Origin: a bacterium
GTDB taxonomy: Bacteria; Electryoneota; Electryoneia; Electryoneales; Electryoneaceae
Assembly (NCBI GenBank): GCA_963675295.2
Contig: CAXXKJ010000002.1
Span: 2,688,001-2,752,000, forward strand
Direction: 5' to 3'
Length of the DNA: 64,000 nucleotides
Position numbers and translations under genes: made by a program. Under the pieces are notes generated by a model. It was not told where the DNA came from and searched no databases. It saw only the letters and a program-made list of their open reading frames with translations. Below are positions 17,319 to 27,644 of this stretch, in pieces. Position 1 is the first letter of the stretch; each line of letters opens with the position of its first letter.

Positions 17319-19103
17319 TTACGCGACCCGGCGGTACTGCAGTTCAAACAGTCGCCAGTAGATCCCCTTCTGTGCGAGCAATTCGGCGTGACTTCCCATT
17401 TCCCGCAGGGTGCCCTTGTGCATGACAAGGATCTTGTCCGCACGCTGGACGGTGCTGAGGCGATGCGCGACAATGATCGACGTTCGCCCTTTCATCATCA
17501 CCTCGAGCGCGTCCTGAATGTACGCTTCCGTTTCCGGGTCGACCGAACTGGTGGCTTCGTCGAGCACCAGCACCTTAGGATTGCGCACCATCGCCCGGGC
17601 GAAGGATAACAACTGCCGCTGCCCGGTGGAGAGCGTACCTCCGCGCTCGGTGACCTCTTCGTCGTACCCGTTCGGCAGCCGCTGGATGAACGAGTCGGCA
17701 TGGACCTGCTTCGCGGCGTGTTGGACTTGCTCGTCTGTGAACTCATCGCCGAGGGTGATGTTGTCCCGGATCGTCCCGCTGAACAGGAAAATGTCCTGGC
17801 TGACGTAGGCGATATTCCGCAGCAGATCGTCCCGGCGCAAGTCGCGGACATCGTGCCCGTCCATCCGGATCGCGCCGTCGCTGACATCGTAGAATCGGCC
17901 GATCAGGTTGATGATGGTGGTTTTACCTGCCCCGGTCGCGCCGACAATCGCCGCTGTTTCGCCGGGCTCAATGGTGAAGTCGACGCCCTTGAGGACTTCG
18001 TCGTCGTCTGGATTATACCGGAAGCGAACGTTGTCGAATTCGATCTTACCGTTGAGTGACTCAATCGAGATTGGGTTTTCACCGTCCTCGATCGCGGGCT
18101 CTGTGTCGAGCAGGTTGAATACACGTTCAGCGGACGCCATCCCGGCCTGGAAGATGTTCCACTTTTCCGCCAGGTCGCGGATCGGCCGGAAGAATCGTTC
18201 GGCGTATTGCAGGAATGCGACGAGCGTCCCGATGGTGATCGCGCCGTCCAGCGTCAAGTTGCCGCCGCGCAGAATGACCAGTGCCACCGCCACCGCGCCG
18301 AGAACCTCGAGGATCGGGAAGAAGACGCTGAACAGGTTGACGGTTCGGAGATGGTCCTGCCGCAGGTGGTCGTTAACTCCGGAGAACCCGTCCGCAGTCG
18401 CCTTTTCATGATTGAACAGCTGCACGATACGTACGCCGCTCAGATGTTCCTGCAAATAGGAGTTGACCGCCGCGGTCTGGACACGAACATCCCGGAAGAC
18501 ATCCCGCAGCCGTCCCCGGAACGAAAACGTCGCCCACACCACCAGCGGCACCACGGCCACCGCGACAACCGCCAGTTGCCAATTGAGCAGCAGCATTGCG
18601 ACGATGATCCCGATCAGCATGAACATGTCGCCGAAGACGACGACCACGCCGGACGAGAAGATCTCGCTCAGGGTTTGCACGTCGTTCGTATTGCGTGTCA
18701 CCAGCCGCCCAACCGGATTACGGTCAAAAAAGCTGAGTGTTTGGCGTTGCAGATGGGTAAACACTTCGCGGCGAATGTCGAACATCACCTTCTCGCCGAC
18801 CCAGCCGGTTATCACCGCCTGTCCGACACGCGCAAAGGCCAGCGTGACGTAGAGCCCGAGGAACATCACAACGATGCCGATCAGGCCCTGAAAATCGCCG
18901 GGAACGATGTACTTGTCCAGCGCGACCTTGGTCAGGTACGGACCGAGCTGTTCAGCGCCGGCGATGATCAGTAACAGGATCACGCTGATGACAACTTTTA
19001 CCCGGTATGGCCTGAGGTATTTCAGCAACCGGTTAACCAGTCGCGGTTCGAAGACGACGCCGAGGCTTTCCTCGTCGTGAATGGAGCGCATCCTTCCGCT
19101 CAT
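17319..19103 (-). CDS. ABC exporter, fused permease/ATPase (heterodimer half)
   Basis: Six-TM domain, Walker A GATGAGKT, signature LSTGQRQ, Walker B LVLDEATS. Confidence 0.95.
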   Translation of the reverse strand: MSGRMRSIHDEESLGVVFEPRLVNRLLKYLRPYRVKVVISVILLLIIAGAEQLGPYLTKVALDKYIVPGDFQGLIGIVVMFLGLYVTLAFARVGQAVITGWVGEKVMFDIRREVFTHLQRQTLSFFDRNPVGRLVTRNTNDVQTLSEIFSSGVVVVFGDMFMLIGIIVAMLLLNWQLAVVAVAVVPLVVWATFSFRGRLRDVFRDVRVQTAAVNSYLQEHLSGVRIVQLFNHEKATADGFSGVNDHLRQDHLRTVNLFSVFFPILEVLGAVAVALVILRGGNLTLDGAITIGTLVAFLQYAERFFRPIRDLAEKWNIFQAGMASAERVFNLLDTEPAIEDGENPISIESLNGKIEFDNVRFRYNPDDDEVLKGVDFTIEPGETAAIVGATGAGKTTIINLIGRFYDVSDGAIRMDGHDVRDLRRDDLLRNIAYVSQDIFLFSGTIRDNITLGDEFTDEQVQHAAKQVHADSFIQRLPNGYDEEVTERGGTLSTGQRQLLSFARAMVRNPKVLVLDEATSSVDPETEAYIQDALEVMMKGRTSIIVAHRLSTVQRADKILVMHKGTLREMGSHAELLAQKGIYWRLFELQYRRVA

Positions 19104-20845
19104 GCGGCCTCCAGTTCGCTGGCCATCTTCTGGCGTTGGAAGAGGTCGGCGTACACTCCGCCCTGCTTGATCAGGTCGGCGTGTTTGCCCCGTTCAGCGA
19201 TGGTGCCGTCGTCCAGTACGATAATCTCGTCGGCGGCCTGCACGCTGGAGGTGCGATGCGTGATGATGATCGCGGTACGGCCTTCGATGTACGTGTTGAG
19301 GTTGTTAAGGATCAGCTCCTCGGTGGAGGCATCAACAGCGCTGAGCGCGTCGTCAAAAATCAGCAGTTCGCTGTCTCGAATGACCGCGCGCGCGATGGCG
19401 ACACGTTGCTTCTGCCCACCGGAAAGGGTGATTCCGCGTTCGCCGACCTCGGTATCAAGTCCGTTCGGGAAATCGTCAAGGTCCTGCACCAATCGGCTGA
19501 TTTCGACGGCCCGGTCGATATCTTCATCGGTATAGTTGCCGCCTAGACGGATGTTGTCGCGAATTGATGTACTGAACAGGAGCGGGTCCTGCGGCACGAT
19601 GGCGATCCGCTTGCGTAGATCGTCCTTCCGCCAGTTGCGGATGTCCACCCCATTGACCATCACCGATCCGTCGCTGGTATCATAAAGTCGTGTGATCAGC
19701 GAGGCGATGGTGCTCTTGCCCGAACCGACACGCCCAACAATGCCCAGCAGTTTGCCCGGCTCAAGGTCGAAGCCGATGCCGCGCAGCGCCGGGGTTTCCG
19801 CCTTCGGATAGGTGAAGGTGACGTTGTCGAAACGGACCGAGGCGTTTGTCTGCCGCGGCGGAGTGTGATCGTCATCGGGATCCACCAGGCTGCTGCGATG
19901 ATCGAGCAGCTCGTGGATGCGGTCGAGGGAGGCGCGCCCGCGCTGAATCAATCCTACAACCCAGCCGATGGATACCATCGGCCAGGTCAGGATCATCAGG
20001 TAGCCTGTGAACGCGACGTAATCGCCGACACGCAAAGTGCCCTGGATGATGTACCAACCGCCGACGAGCATGATCGCGGCGACCGCGACACCGAACAGCA
20101 GCATGATCAGTGGCATGAACGCGCCCTGGAACAGAACCAGCTTCATTTTCTTGTCGAGCAGATCCTGGCTCTGGTCGCCGAAACGTTTCTTCTGATCGTC
20201 CTGCTGCAGGAAGGCTTTGACGATGCGAATGCCGGAGAGGTTCTCCTGAACCAGCGCGGAAAGGTCGGAGAAGGCTGCCTGGCTCTCCGTGGACGTCTTG
20301 TGCACCATCCGCCCGAGGAAAAAGACCATCACCGCCACGACTGGACCGATCACCAGCACGATCAGGGTCAACGGCACGCTGATGGTGAACATCAGCACCA
20401 TGGCAAAGAGGAAACCAAAGATGGTGTTGACGGAGTACATCAGAGCGGGACCGAGTACCATGCGGACCTGTTCGATATCGCTGGTCGACCGGGTCATCAG
20501 GTCGCCGATGCGACTGCGGTCGTAGAAGGCCGGGTCGAGCACCAGTAGATGTTCGAACAGTTTCTGCCGCATATCGTACTCGATGTGGCGGCTTACGCTG
20601 ATGATTTTCTTGCGCATCAGCAGGGTGAAGAAGCCGGACCCGATCGCGACGGCGAGAATCAGTCCTCCGAGCTGCCACAGGTGTGACGCCGGAATGCCGG
20701 ACTCGATTTCGTTCACCGACATGCGCAAGACCCATGGGCTGAACACCTTGAACACGTTCGCCATGACAACGAACGCGAGCCCGAGCAACGTCGCGGTGCG
20801 GTATGGCCGGTAGTAGGGAGCTACTTTTCGTATCAGATCGATCAT
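19100..20845 (-). CDS. ABC exporter, fused permease/ATPase (heterodimer half, degenerate site)
   Basis: Walker A GRVGSGKS, LSGGQKQR, degenerate Walker B IFDDALS; MdlA/MdlB-like pair. Confidence 0.95.
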   Translation of the reverse strand: MIDLIRKVAPYYRPYRTATLLGLAFVVMANVFKVFSPWVLRMSVNEIESGIPASHLWQLGGLILAVAIGSGFFTLLMRKKIISVSRHIEYDMRQKLFEHLLVLDPAFYDRSRIGDLMTRSTSDIEQVRMVLGPALMYSVNTIFGFLFAMVLMFTISVPLTLIVLVIGPVVAVMVFFLGRMVHKTSTESQAAFSDLSALVQENLSGIRIVKAFLQQDDQKKRFGDQSQDLLDKKMKLVLFQGAFMPLIMLLFGVAVAAIMLVGGWYIIQGTLRVGDYVAFTGYLMILTWPMVSIGWVVGLIQRGRASLDRIHELLDHRSSLVDPDDDHTPPRQTNASVRFDNVTFTYPKAETPALRGIGFDLEPGKLLGIVGRVGSGKSTIASLITRLYDTSDGSVMVNGVDIRNWRKDDLRKRIAIVPQDPLLFSTSIRDNIRLGGNYTDEDIDRAVEISRLVQDLDDFPNGLDTEVGERGITLSGGQKQRVAIARAVIRDSELLIFDDALSAVDASTEELILNNLNTYIEGRTAIIITHRTSSVQAADEIIVLDDGTIAERGKHADLIKQGGVYADLFQRQKMASELEAA

Positions 20846-21091
20846 GTGCGTCTATCAGAAATCGCTGAGGGCGAATTGGGTGGGCAATTCCGGAACCGCC
20901 CGTCCTGTGGACTGCAAATGTTGCCCAAAGCATACGTTCGCCAGCCACTGGCTCGCAAAAGGAAACTGTTTACCTTAAGAGCGATCAGGGCAAGCCTGTA
21001 CTCGAGTATGGCGAGTCCCTATATTGGGCTGGATGTGTGAATTGGATGAACGACCGGCGCATCTGATGCTTCGCCGGTTGTTGCCGTTTGA

Positions 21092-22264
21092 TTGGAGAGG
21101 GAAACGTTGCTGAACGGTTACAAGGCTGTGTACGGATCGCTGGTGGCCTTTGCCACGGCAGGACTGCTGCGTCTGCGTAAACGTCCGCTGGTTTCAGTGG
21201 ATCAACCAGACCTGCCGCGAATCTCGGTAATTGTCGCCGCACGCAATGAGGAGAAGCAGCTGCCCGCATTGATGGATGCTCTGGCGGCACAGGAATACGC
21301 GAAGGATCGCGTCGATTTCTGGATCGTCGACGATCACTCCTCAGACAACACGCTCTCGCTGGCGTTGACCGTGGCACGGCAGGACCGCCGCTTCCACGTA
21401 ATCTCCTCCAATCCGACTTTGCCGATCGAGTCGCCGAAGAAACGCGCGTTGTACACCGCGATCCGCCGTTGCGAGGGCGAATGGGTGGTGTTCACCGACG
21501 CCGACTGTATTCCCGGCCCGCGCTGGCTGCGCTCGCTGGCGGCGTACATGACGGACAAGACCGGGATCGTGCTTGGGTACGCTCCGCTGACGAAGCCGAA
21601 CGGCCTGATGCAGTGGCTGGCGGAAGGCGAGAGTTACAGCGCGGCGACCCTCTGTGCCGCCGGTGTCGGCCTTGGGTTCCCGTTCAATGCCTTTGGGCGA
21701 AACTTTGCTGCTCGCCGCCGTCTGTATCTCGATATGGGCGGATTTGGCGCGGATGGTCGCTACGCCTCCGGCGACGATGATTTGTTCCTGCAACGTGTCG
21801 CTGCCCGTACTGACTGGAAGGTCGCGTTCGCCTCGAATCCGGAGGCGAAAGTCGAGTCTGTGATGCGTCCCGACGACGATATCATCCAGAACAAATCCAG
21901 GCACTTGTCAGTTGGACCACGCTATGCTCCCGGCTGGGTGATTATCGGCTTTATCGGATCGGCGTTGTATCTCGGCCTCGGAGTGATCACCTTATTATCG
22001 TTGTTCCGGATCGTACCATTCCGCGCGGTGCGTGACGCGTGGCTGTTCAAGACCGCGGCGGACACGGTGCTCGCGGGCACCGCACTGCGCGTGTTGCGCG
22101 ACCCGAAACGTATGCTTCAGGCACTGGTGGCAATGACGACCGCTCCGTTCATCATGTGGGTGTTGTGGCCGAAAGCGTTATTCGGCAAACTCCAGTGGAA
22201 GGGACGCACCATCCGCCGTGCCCAGACGATCGAAATGGAACCCGCCACCGCGGATGAGTTCTAA
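21092..22264 (+). CDS. Membrane GT2 glycosyltransferase
   Basis: SVIVAARNEE, VDDHSSD, FTDADC, SGDDD, C-terminal TMs and WKGR. Confidence 0.92.
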   Translation: MERETLLNGYKAVYGSLVAFATAGLLRLRKRPLVSVDQPDLPRISVIVAARNEEKQLPALMDALAAQEYAKDRVDFWIVDDHSSDNTLSLALTVARQDRRFHVISSNPTLPIESPKKRALYTAIRRCEGEWVVFTDADCIPGPRWLRSLAAYMTDKTGIVLGYAPLTKPNGLMQWLAEGESYSAATLCAAGVGLGFPFNAFGRNFAARRRLYLDMGGFGADGRYASGDDDLFLQRVAARTDWKVAFASNPEAKVESVMRPDDDIIQNKSRHLSVGPRYAPGWVIIGFIGSALYLGLGVITLLSLFRIVPFRAVRDAWLFKTAADTVLAGTALRVLRDPKRMLQALVAMTTAPFIMWVLWPKALFGKLQWKGRTIRRAQTIEMEPATADEF

Positions 22265-23342
22265 ACTGCCAACAGAACACTCCCCTGCTTCATCCGAGGC
22301 GGAGGTGATTACCTCGGCGGCTGCCGCCGAGGAAACCCTCTGGCTGCCTCCGGAACCGGTGCGCCGTCGCTGGTCGACGTGGATTGTTCACGGTCTCAAG
22401 GCCGTGGTTGCCATCGGTCTGATCGGACTGCTGGTGCACACGATCCAGATCGCCGCGATCGAGCAGGCGATCTCCGGCGCGAATCCGCTATGGATTCTCG
22501 GCGCGTTGCTACTCCTCCCCGCCAATCTGTATCTGCAGGTGAAACGCTGGCAGACGGCGATCCACGCCGAGATGCCGGAGGTGACGGTCAAGCAGGCGCT
22601 CACCAGCTTTCTCGGCGGTGCGTCGATGGGTATCATCACCCCGGGGCGTGTTGGCGAAATCGGCCGTGTGTTTCTGTTGAATCCGAAGTCGCGTGTCCGT
22701 CTGGCCGGACTGCATGTGCTCGACAAACTGTACTTCATGGCCGCGCTGGCCTGCTTTGGCCCGGCGCTGGTTTATTTCATGCCGGGGTTCAGCGAACATT
22801 TGCATCAGAATCTGCAACTGCCGCTGCTGATCGCGACCTTGATCCTGCCGTTGTTCTTCGTCGTGTTTTCACTGACCCCGGATCCCTTGCGCAGCCTGCT
22901 GGTGTTGATTCGCAAAGGTGACCGGTTCAAGGGGTCGTTGAACGACTTGCTGCACGCGTTGGATCAGGTTCGCGCACGTGATAGCCGCGTCATGGCTGGG
23001 TTGACGGTCGCACAGTTCGGTGTTATCCTGACTCAGTTCTACCTGCTCAGCAGTGCGTTCCAGGCGGTCAAGTGGGTTACGGCGGCGCATACGTACGTCG
23101 CGACCCTGTTTGTCAAATCACTGTTGCCGATTTCGCTCGGCGACCTTGGTGTCAGCGAATGGGCGGCGGTATCGTTTTATCAGCGATTCGGCATCGCCGA
23201 CACGACGGCGTTCAGCGCATCGCTGCTGATTTTCACGATCAACATCCTGATCCCGGCAATTGCGGGCATTTTCGTGCTGCAACGGGTGAAGGCGACGAAT
23301 GTGTTCGGGCGGGTGGCGAAACGCATCCGGGGGAAAGCGTGA
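22254..23342 (+). CDS. Lysylphosphatidylglycerol synthase TM / flippase-like protein (UPF0104)
   Basis: Multi-TM protein with ITPGRVGEIGR and LPISLGDLGVSE motifs. Confidence 0.88.
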   Translation: MSSKLPTEHSPASSEAEVITSAAAAEETLWLPPEPVRRRWSTWIVHGLKAVVAIGLIGLLVHTIQIAAIEQAISGANPLWILGALLLLPANLYLQVKRWQTAIHAEMPEVTVKQALTSFLGGASMGIITPGRVGEIGRVFLLNPKSRVRLAGLHVLDKLYFMAALACFGPALVYFMPGFSEHLHQNLQLPLLIATLILPLFFVVFSLTPDPLRSLLVLIRKGDRFKGSLNDLLHALDQVRARDSRVMAGLTVAQFGVILTQFYLLSSAFQAVKWVTAAHTYVATLFVKSLLPISLGDLGVSEWAAVSFYQRFGIADTTAFSASLLIFTINILIPAIAGIFVLQRVKATNVFGRVAKRIRGKA

Positions 23343-24532
23343 TCGCATTTTACGCGCTCACATGGGTTGCGTGGCTGATTTACTTTGCGTTCATGGTCAT
23401 CGTGTACGTGGGCTTGAGACGTATGCCCCGCACGGAGATCGTGCGTGACGACGACCAGCTCCCCACCGCCACGATTGTCGTTGCCGCCCGGGATGAGGAA
23501 ACCCGTATCGGCCAACTGCTTGACAGCCTTGAGGCGCAGGATTACCCCCGTGATAAGTTTGAAGTGATCGTTGTCGACGACCGCAGCACCGACATGACCG
23601 GCGACTTGGTCCGTAAACGGAACGGCAACGGCATGCGCTACCGGGTGATCCGCATCCGTGACGGCGAGAATCAGGGCCGTGCGCCGAAGAAATTTGCCCT
23701 CTCGCGTGGAATCGCATTGGCGACGGGCGAGGTCATTGTCACCACCGACGCCGACTGCTGGATGGGACCGTTATGGTTGCGGACGTTGTTGTCGCCGTTC
23801 CTTGACGAAGCGGTGCAGGGCGTCTCCGGTGTCAGCCGGTTCATTCGTTCCAGCGATCAGCCGAAACCGTGGTGGTCGGAGCTGGAAAGCCTCGAACACC
23901 TCAGCTACTCGGTGATGGCCGCCGGCTCGATCGCGGCGGGTCATGTCACCAACGCACACGGCTCCAACCTCGCAGCGCGACGCAGTGCGTATGAACGCAT
24001 CGGCGGCTACGAATCCAACGCGAATGTCACCTCCGGTGACGACGTCTTTCTGCTGCAGGACATCGTCAAGAATGGCGGAGAAGTTCGGTTCGTCGAACGA
24101 CAGGAAGCGTATGTCTTCAGTCATCCGGTCGATAATGCGCGCGAGTGGGTCAACCAGCGGGCGCGTTGGAGTTCAAAAGGCTTCTATTATCCGCCGTTCC
24201 TGATGTTCCTCGTGGTTGGCACCTTCTTCTACTACCTGATGGTCGCGTTATCGCTGCCGTTTGCCCTGTTCGGACGTGTCGCGCCGGGCATGGCGGCATT
24301 GCTGGTGATGTCGAAGCTAAGCACCGAATCGTTTATCATGAAGTTCGGGATGGAACGATTCCAGGAACGATTCCCGACGTGGAAGTTTTTCCTCACGCAA
24401 TTGATCCATGCTCCCGCGATCTTCTTCGCCGGTTTCAAGGGCCAGTTCTTCAAGTTCACCTGGAAGAATCAGTCCTTCGGCGGCAAGACAACTCGTGAGG
24501 CCCGTCGCCAAGCCAGCGGAAAGGCCGCCTGA
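23339..24532 (+). CDS. Membrane GT2 glycosyltransferase
   Basis: GTG start overlapping the previous stop; VVAARDEE, VDDRSTD, TTDADC, SGDD, QRARW, terminal WK. Confidence 0.92.
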   Translation: MIAFYALTWVAWLIYFAFMVIVYVGLRRMPRTEIVRDDDQLPTATIVVAARDEETRIGQLLDSLEAQDYPRDKFEVIVVDDRSTDMTGDLVRKRNGNGMRYRVIRIRDGENQGRAPKKFALSRGIALATGEVIVTTDADCWMGPLWLRTLLSPFLDEAVQGVSGVSRFIRSSDQPKPWWSELESLEHLSYSVMAAGSIAAGHVTNAHGSNLAARRSAYERIGGYESNANVTSGDDVFLLQDIVKNGGEVRFVERQEAYVFSHPVDNAREWVNQRARWSSKGFYYPPFLMFLVVGTFFYYLMVALSLPFALFGRVAPGMAALLVMSKLSTESFIMKFGMERFQERFPTWKFFLTQLIHAPAIFFAGFKGQFFKFTWKNQSFGGKTTREARRQASGKAA

Positions 24533-25269
24533 TGTTATCGCCCGCCGCCATTCCGGCTCGCTGGCGTGACGTGAACGACTTTGTACGGCTCGGCGGCCCG
24601 GTATTACGCACTCATCCCCTGCTCGAACAGTTGTTCCCGGATGTTATTTGGGGCATGCCCGATCCCGTTTCCAGTTGCCCGATCCATCTGACATTTGACG
24701 ACGGCCCCGACCCGAAGGGCACACCGCGTATTTTGGACGTGCTCGCGCGTCACGACGTTCCAGCGACATTTTTCCTCAGCGGTTCCGGTGTCGTTGCTGA
24801 ACCAAACCTGGTAGACGAGATCCTTGCAGCCGGGCATCGTATCGGGTACCATGGCCTCAGCCACGACACGTGGTGGTTCCGCACACGCACCCGCCGTGAT
24901 GTCGAAATGGACCCGTCGATCATCTCGCATCTGGACGGCAACCCGTTTGACGGGCCACGGAAACCGTTGCTGTTGCGCGCTCCGTATGGCAGGATTGACT
25001 TCGCGACGTTGGCGAGCGCCGATCGTTTGAATGCGCAACTGGTGCACTGGCGGCTGACGATCCGCGACTGGATGGAAGATGTCCCCGCCTCGACGTTGGC
25101 TCGCATGCTCTATCGTTACGCTCATCCGGGTGACATACTCTTACTTCATGACGGCGGCCCGAACACACGCGAGCTGGCCAGAGCGCTGGATCTTGTCATT
25201 CCGGCGTGGAAACGCACAGGCATGAAGCTGAAATCCATCGAAACCTTCCTGGACTCGTTCAGAATATGA
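24532..25269 (+). CDS. Polysaccharide deacetylase (NodB/CE4)
   Basis: LTFDDGP, ATFF, HGLSH, RAPYG, LLHD motifs; no signal peptide. Confidence 0.92.
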   Translation: MLSPAAIPARWRDVNDFVRLGGPVLRTHPLLEQLFPDVIWGMPDPVSSCPIHLTFDDGPDPKGTPRILDVLARHDVPATFFLSGSGVVAEPNLVDEILAAGHRIGYHGLSHDTWWFRTRTRRDVEMDPSIISHLDGNPFDGPRKPLLLRAPYGRIDFATLASADRLNAQLVHWRLTIRDWMEDVPASTLARMLYRYAHPGDILLLHDGGPNTRELARALDLVIPAWKRTGMKLKSIETFLDSFRI

Positions 25270-26432
25270 TCCTATTGCCTCTCATCATCGCGGGTTTAGC
25301 CCTGCTGACCCTGTTTTTACCGACACTGATGCTCGGCCGTAATTGGCCACGCAGCAAGCGGCGGGAACCGGTGACGATAGTGGTCTGCGCTCGGGACGAG
25401 GAAGCGACGATCCTTGAATGCCTTCTGTCATTATCCGAACAGACGTATCCGGAAGATCTGTACCAGATCCTGCTGGTGGACCACCTCTCCCGCGACCGGA
25501 CCGGCGAAATCATGGACATGTTTGCCGAGGAATCGCCGATCAGGACGCGCGTGATCCACGTGTCAGATGAAGAAGGTCCGTTGCAGGGCAAGGTGCAGGG
25601 GCTGGAGATTGCGCTCGAGCAAGTGGATACCGAATTCGTGTTGCTGACCGATGGTGACTGCACGGTGCCCGAGACGTGGATCGAGCGGATGCTCGAGTAT
25701 CTCGAGGACGATGTCGCGATCATCAACGGGCATGTGCGGGTGCAGGATCCGGATCAGGATGACCGGCTGATTGCGACGTTGCAGAACACGCTGAATCGCA
25801 TGTTCCTCGCATTCTCGGCGGGGTATTCGGCGTTCCAGTTGCCGGCGAAACTGTATCATCCGGCGCTGAGACCGTTGCGCCCCGTGTTGCGCCATGTGCG
25901 GCCCTCATTCAACATGGGCAACAACCAGGGGCTGCGGATGTCTGTGTACCGGTCGATTGGCGGATTTCGCGATGTGGGTCCGACGTTGATTGAAGATGTC
26001 GCCCTGGTCAACCGCATTTTGCAGAAAACGACGTACAAGGTCGCTGTTTTGATGGACCCGCGTGTGATTGTGACCACTCGGCCATCGAAGAATTACCGCG
26101 AGTTCTGGCGGCAGTACCGGCGCTGGGCGTCCGCATCTGAGAACGTCAATAACAAGACGAACAAGGCGCTGTACGTGATGCTCGGCCTGAATCGTATCGG
26201 GTTGCCGTGGATGATGCTGTTGTTTCCATTCACCGGGATCATCGCTGCGGTGGTTGCCGGTTTGGGTGAGTACGTGCTGATCCGTCAGGCAAATCAGGTA
26301 TTGGGGACAAAGACAACCCGGCTGAAAGTGGTGCTGCACCTTGTCGCGCAGGTGGCACTCAACCACATGCTGATGTTTGCGTTGCTGCTCAGAGTGCCGG
26401 TGGTTTGGAAGGGGCGTGTGTACGAAAACTAG
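25266..26432 (+). CDS. Membrane GT2 glycosyltransferase
   Basis: VVCARDEE, LTDGDC, IED, QYRRW, terminal WKGR. Confidence 0.9.
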   Translation: MILLPLIIAGLALLTLFLPTLMLGRNWPRSKRREPVTIVVCARDEEATILECLLSLSEQTYPEDLYQILLVDHLSRDRTGEIMDMFAEESPIRTRVIHVSDEEGPLQGKVQGLEIALEQVDTEFVLLTDGDCTVPETWIERMLEYLEDDVAIINGHVRVQDPDQDDRLIATLQNTLNRMFLAFSAGYSAFQLPAKLYHPALRPLRPVLRHVRPSFNMGNNQGLRMSVYRSIGGFRDVGPTLIEDVALVNRILQKTTYKVAVLMDPRVIVTTRPSKNYREFWRQYRRWASASENVNNKTNKALYVMLGLNRIGLPWMMLLFPFTGIIAAVVAGLGEYVLIRQANQVLGTKTTRLKVVLHLVAQVALNHMLMFALLLRVPVVWKGRVYEN

Positions 26433-26439
26433 AATCCGC

Positions 26440-26469
26440 TTGACAGCTCGTCAAAGCGTTGAGTAGTTT
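26440..26469 (+). promoter_or_regulatory. Putative sigma70 promoter
   Basis: TTGACA-N18-TAGTTT. Confidence 0.55.
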
Positions 26470-26505
26470 AAAGATGGCAAGCGGCTTTTCAGCCGCGCAA
26501 TCTCG

Positions 26506-26565
26506 ACCCCCTGCAAGCAGGAACCGAATCTTACGCCGGTGACCGAAGTTGCAGGGGGTTTCTTT
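26506..26565 (+). terminator. Terminator-like hairpin with a large loop
   Basis: ACCCCCTGCAA...TTGCAGGGGGT followed by TTCTTT. Confidence 0.55.
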
Positions 26566-26675
26566 GTCTCACAATTGACCGCCGATTTAGCCCCGCCCGC
26601 GCCTCTCTGGCAGCACCGAAACAAACGCTGTATATTCGTGAATTCCAGTACGAAGTCTTTTTCCCGGAGTGATTG

Positions 26676-27581
26676 ATGAACCTGTTCGATCGTCTCGTCG
26701 TGACCACTTTGCCGTTTGTTCCGAAGCCGATGGTGCGTCATTTCGCGGACCCGTACATCGCGGGCGAAACGTTGCAGCATGCGATAGATCAGGTGAAGCA
26801 GTTGAACCAGGAAGGGGCGATGGCGACCATCGACGTGCTCGGCGAAGCGGTCAAGAGCATGACCGAGGCGAACCGGGCGGCCGACAGCTACCTGCCGGTA
26901 ATCGAAGCCATCGAACGCGAAAAACTGGACGCGAACATCTCGATCAAGCCGACGATGCTCGGCCTCGGGCTCGATTACAAGGGCTGTGTCGCCAATTTCA
27001 CACGAGTTATTGACGCCCTCCGCCCGTACAACAACTTCCTTCGTGTGGATATGGAGGACAGCCCGTACACGTCGCTGACGCTGGATCTCGTCGACGAACT
27101 CCGCAAACAGTACCCGAACATCGGGCTCGTGCTGCAGGCATACATGCGGCGTTCGATGAATGATCTGAAGGACCGTGTTATCCCGGAGAAGATCAATTTC
27201 CGCCTCTGCAAGGGGATTTACGTTGAGCCGGCGCGGGTTGCGTACAAGGATTTCGATGTCGTCCGCAAGAACTACACTGCGTTGCTGAAGACCGCATTGA
27301 GCAACGATGTGTATGTGGGTATCGCGACGCACGACGAGATGCTGGTCTGGGAAGCGTTCAACCTGATCGACGAGCTCGGTCTGAAGCCGGATCAGTACGA
27401 ATTTCAGATGCTGCTCGGCGTAACACCGGAACTCCGCCGCACGATCATCCGTGAGGGGCACCGTATGCGGGTGTACGTTCCGTTCGGGCAGGACTGGTAC
27501 GCGTATTCCTCCCGTCGCCTGAAGGAAAATCCGAAGGTCGCGGGGTACGTGATGAAGGACATCCTGAAATTCAAGCGTTGA
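26676..27581 (+). CDS. Monofunctional proline dehydrogenase
   Basis: YIAGE, DVLGE, SIKPTMLG, RVDMED, LQAY, RLCKG.Y, IATHD, EFQMLLG, RVYVPFG..WY.Y..RRL.E. Confidence 0.95.
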   Translation: MNLFDRLVVTTLPFVPKPMVRHFADPYIAGETLQHAIDQVKQLNQEGAMATIDVLGEAVKSMTEANRAADSYLPVIEAIEREKLDANISIKPTMLGLGLDYKGCVANFTRVIDALRPYNNFLRVDMEDSPYTSLTLDLVDELRKQYPNIGLVLQAYMRRSMNDLKDRVIPEKINFRLCKGIYVEPARVAYKDFDVVRKNYTALLKTALSNDVYVGIATHDEMLVWEAFNLIDELGLKPDQYEFQMLLGVTPELRRTIIREGHRMRVYVPFGQDWYAYSSRRLKENPKVAGYVMKDILKFKR

Positions 27582-27644
27582 CGCGAGGTCATCTCCCCCG
27601 TTATTCTATCTGCATCGTGAACTGATTCCTACCTGAGGTCAAGC

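Noticed and set aside
26474-26565. tRNA or c4-antisense RNA
   Set aside because: No cloverleaf or T-loop consensus, and the c4 motifs are not matched.
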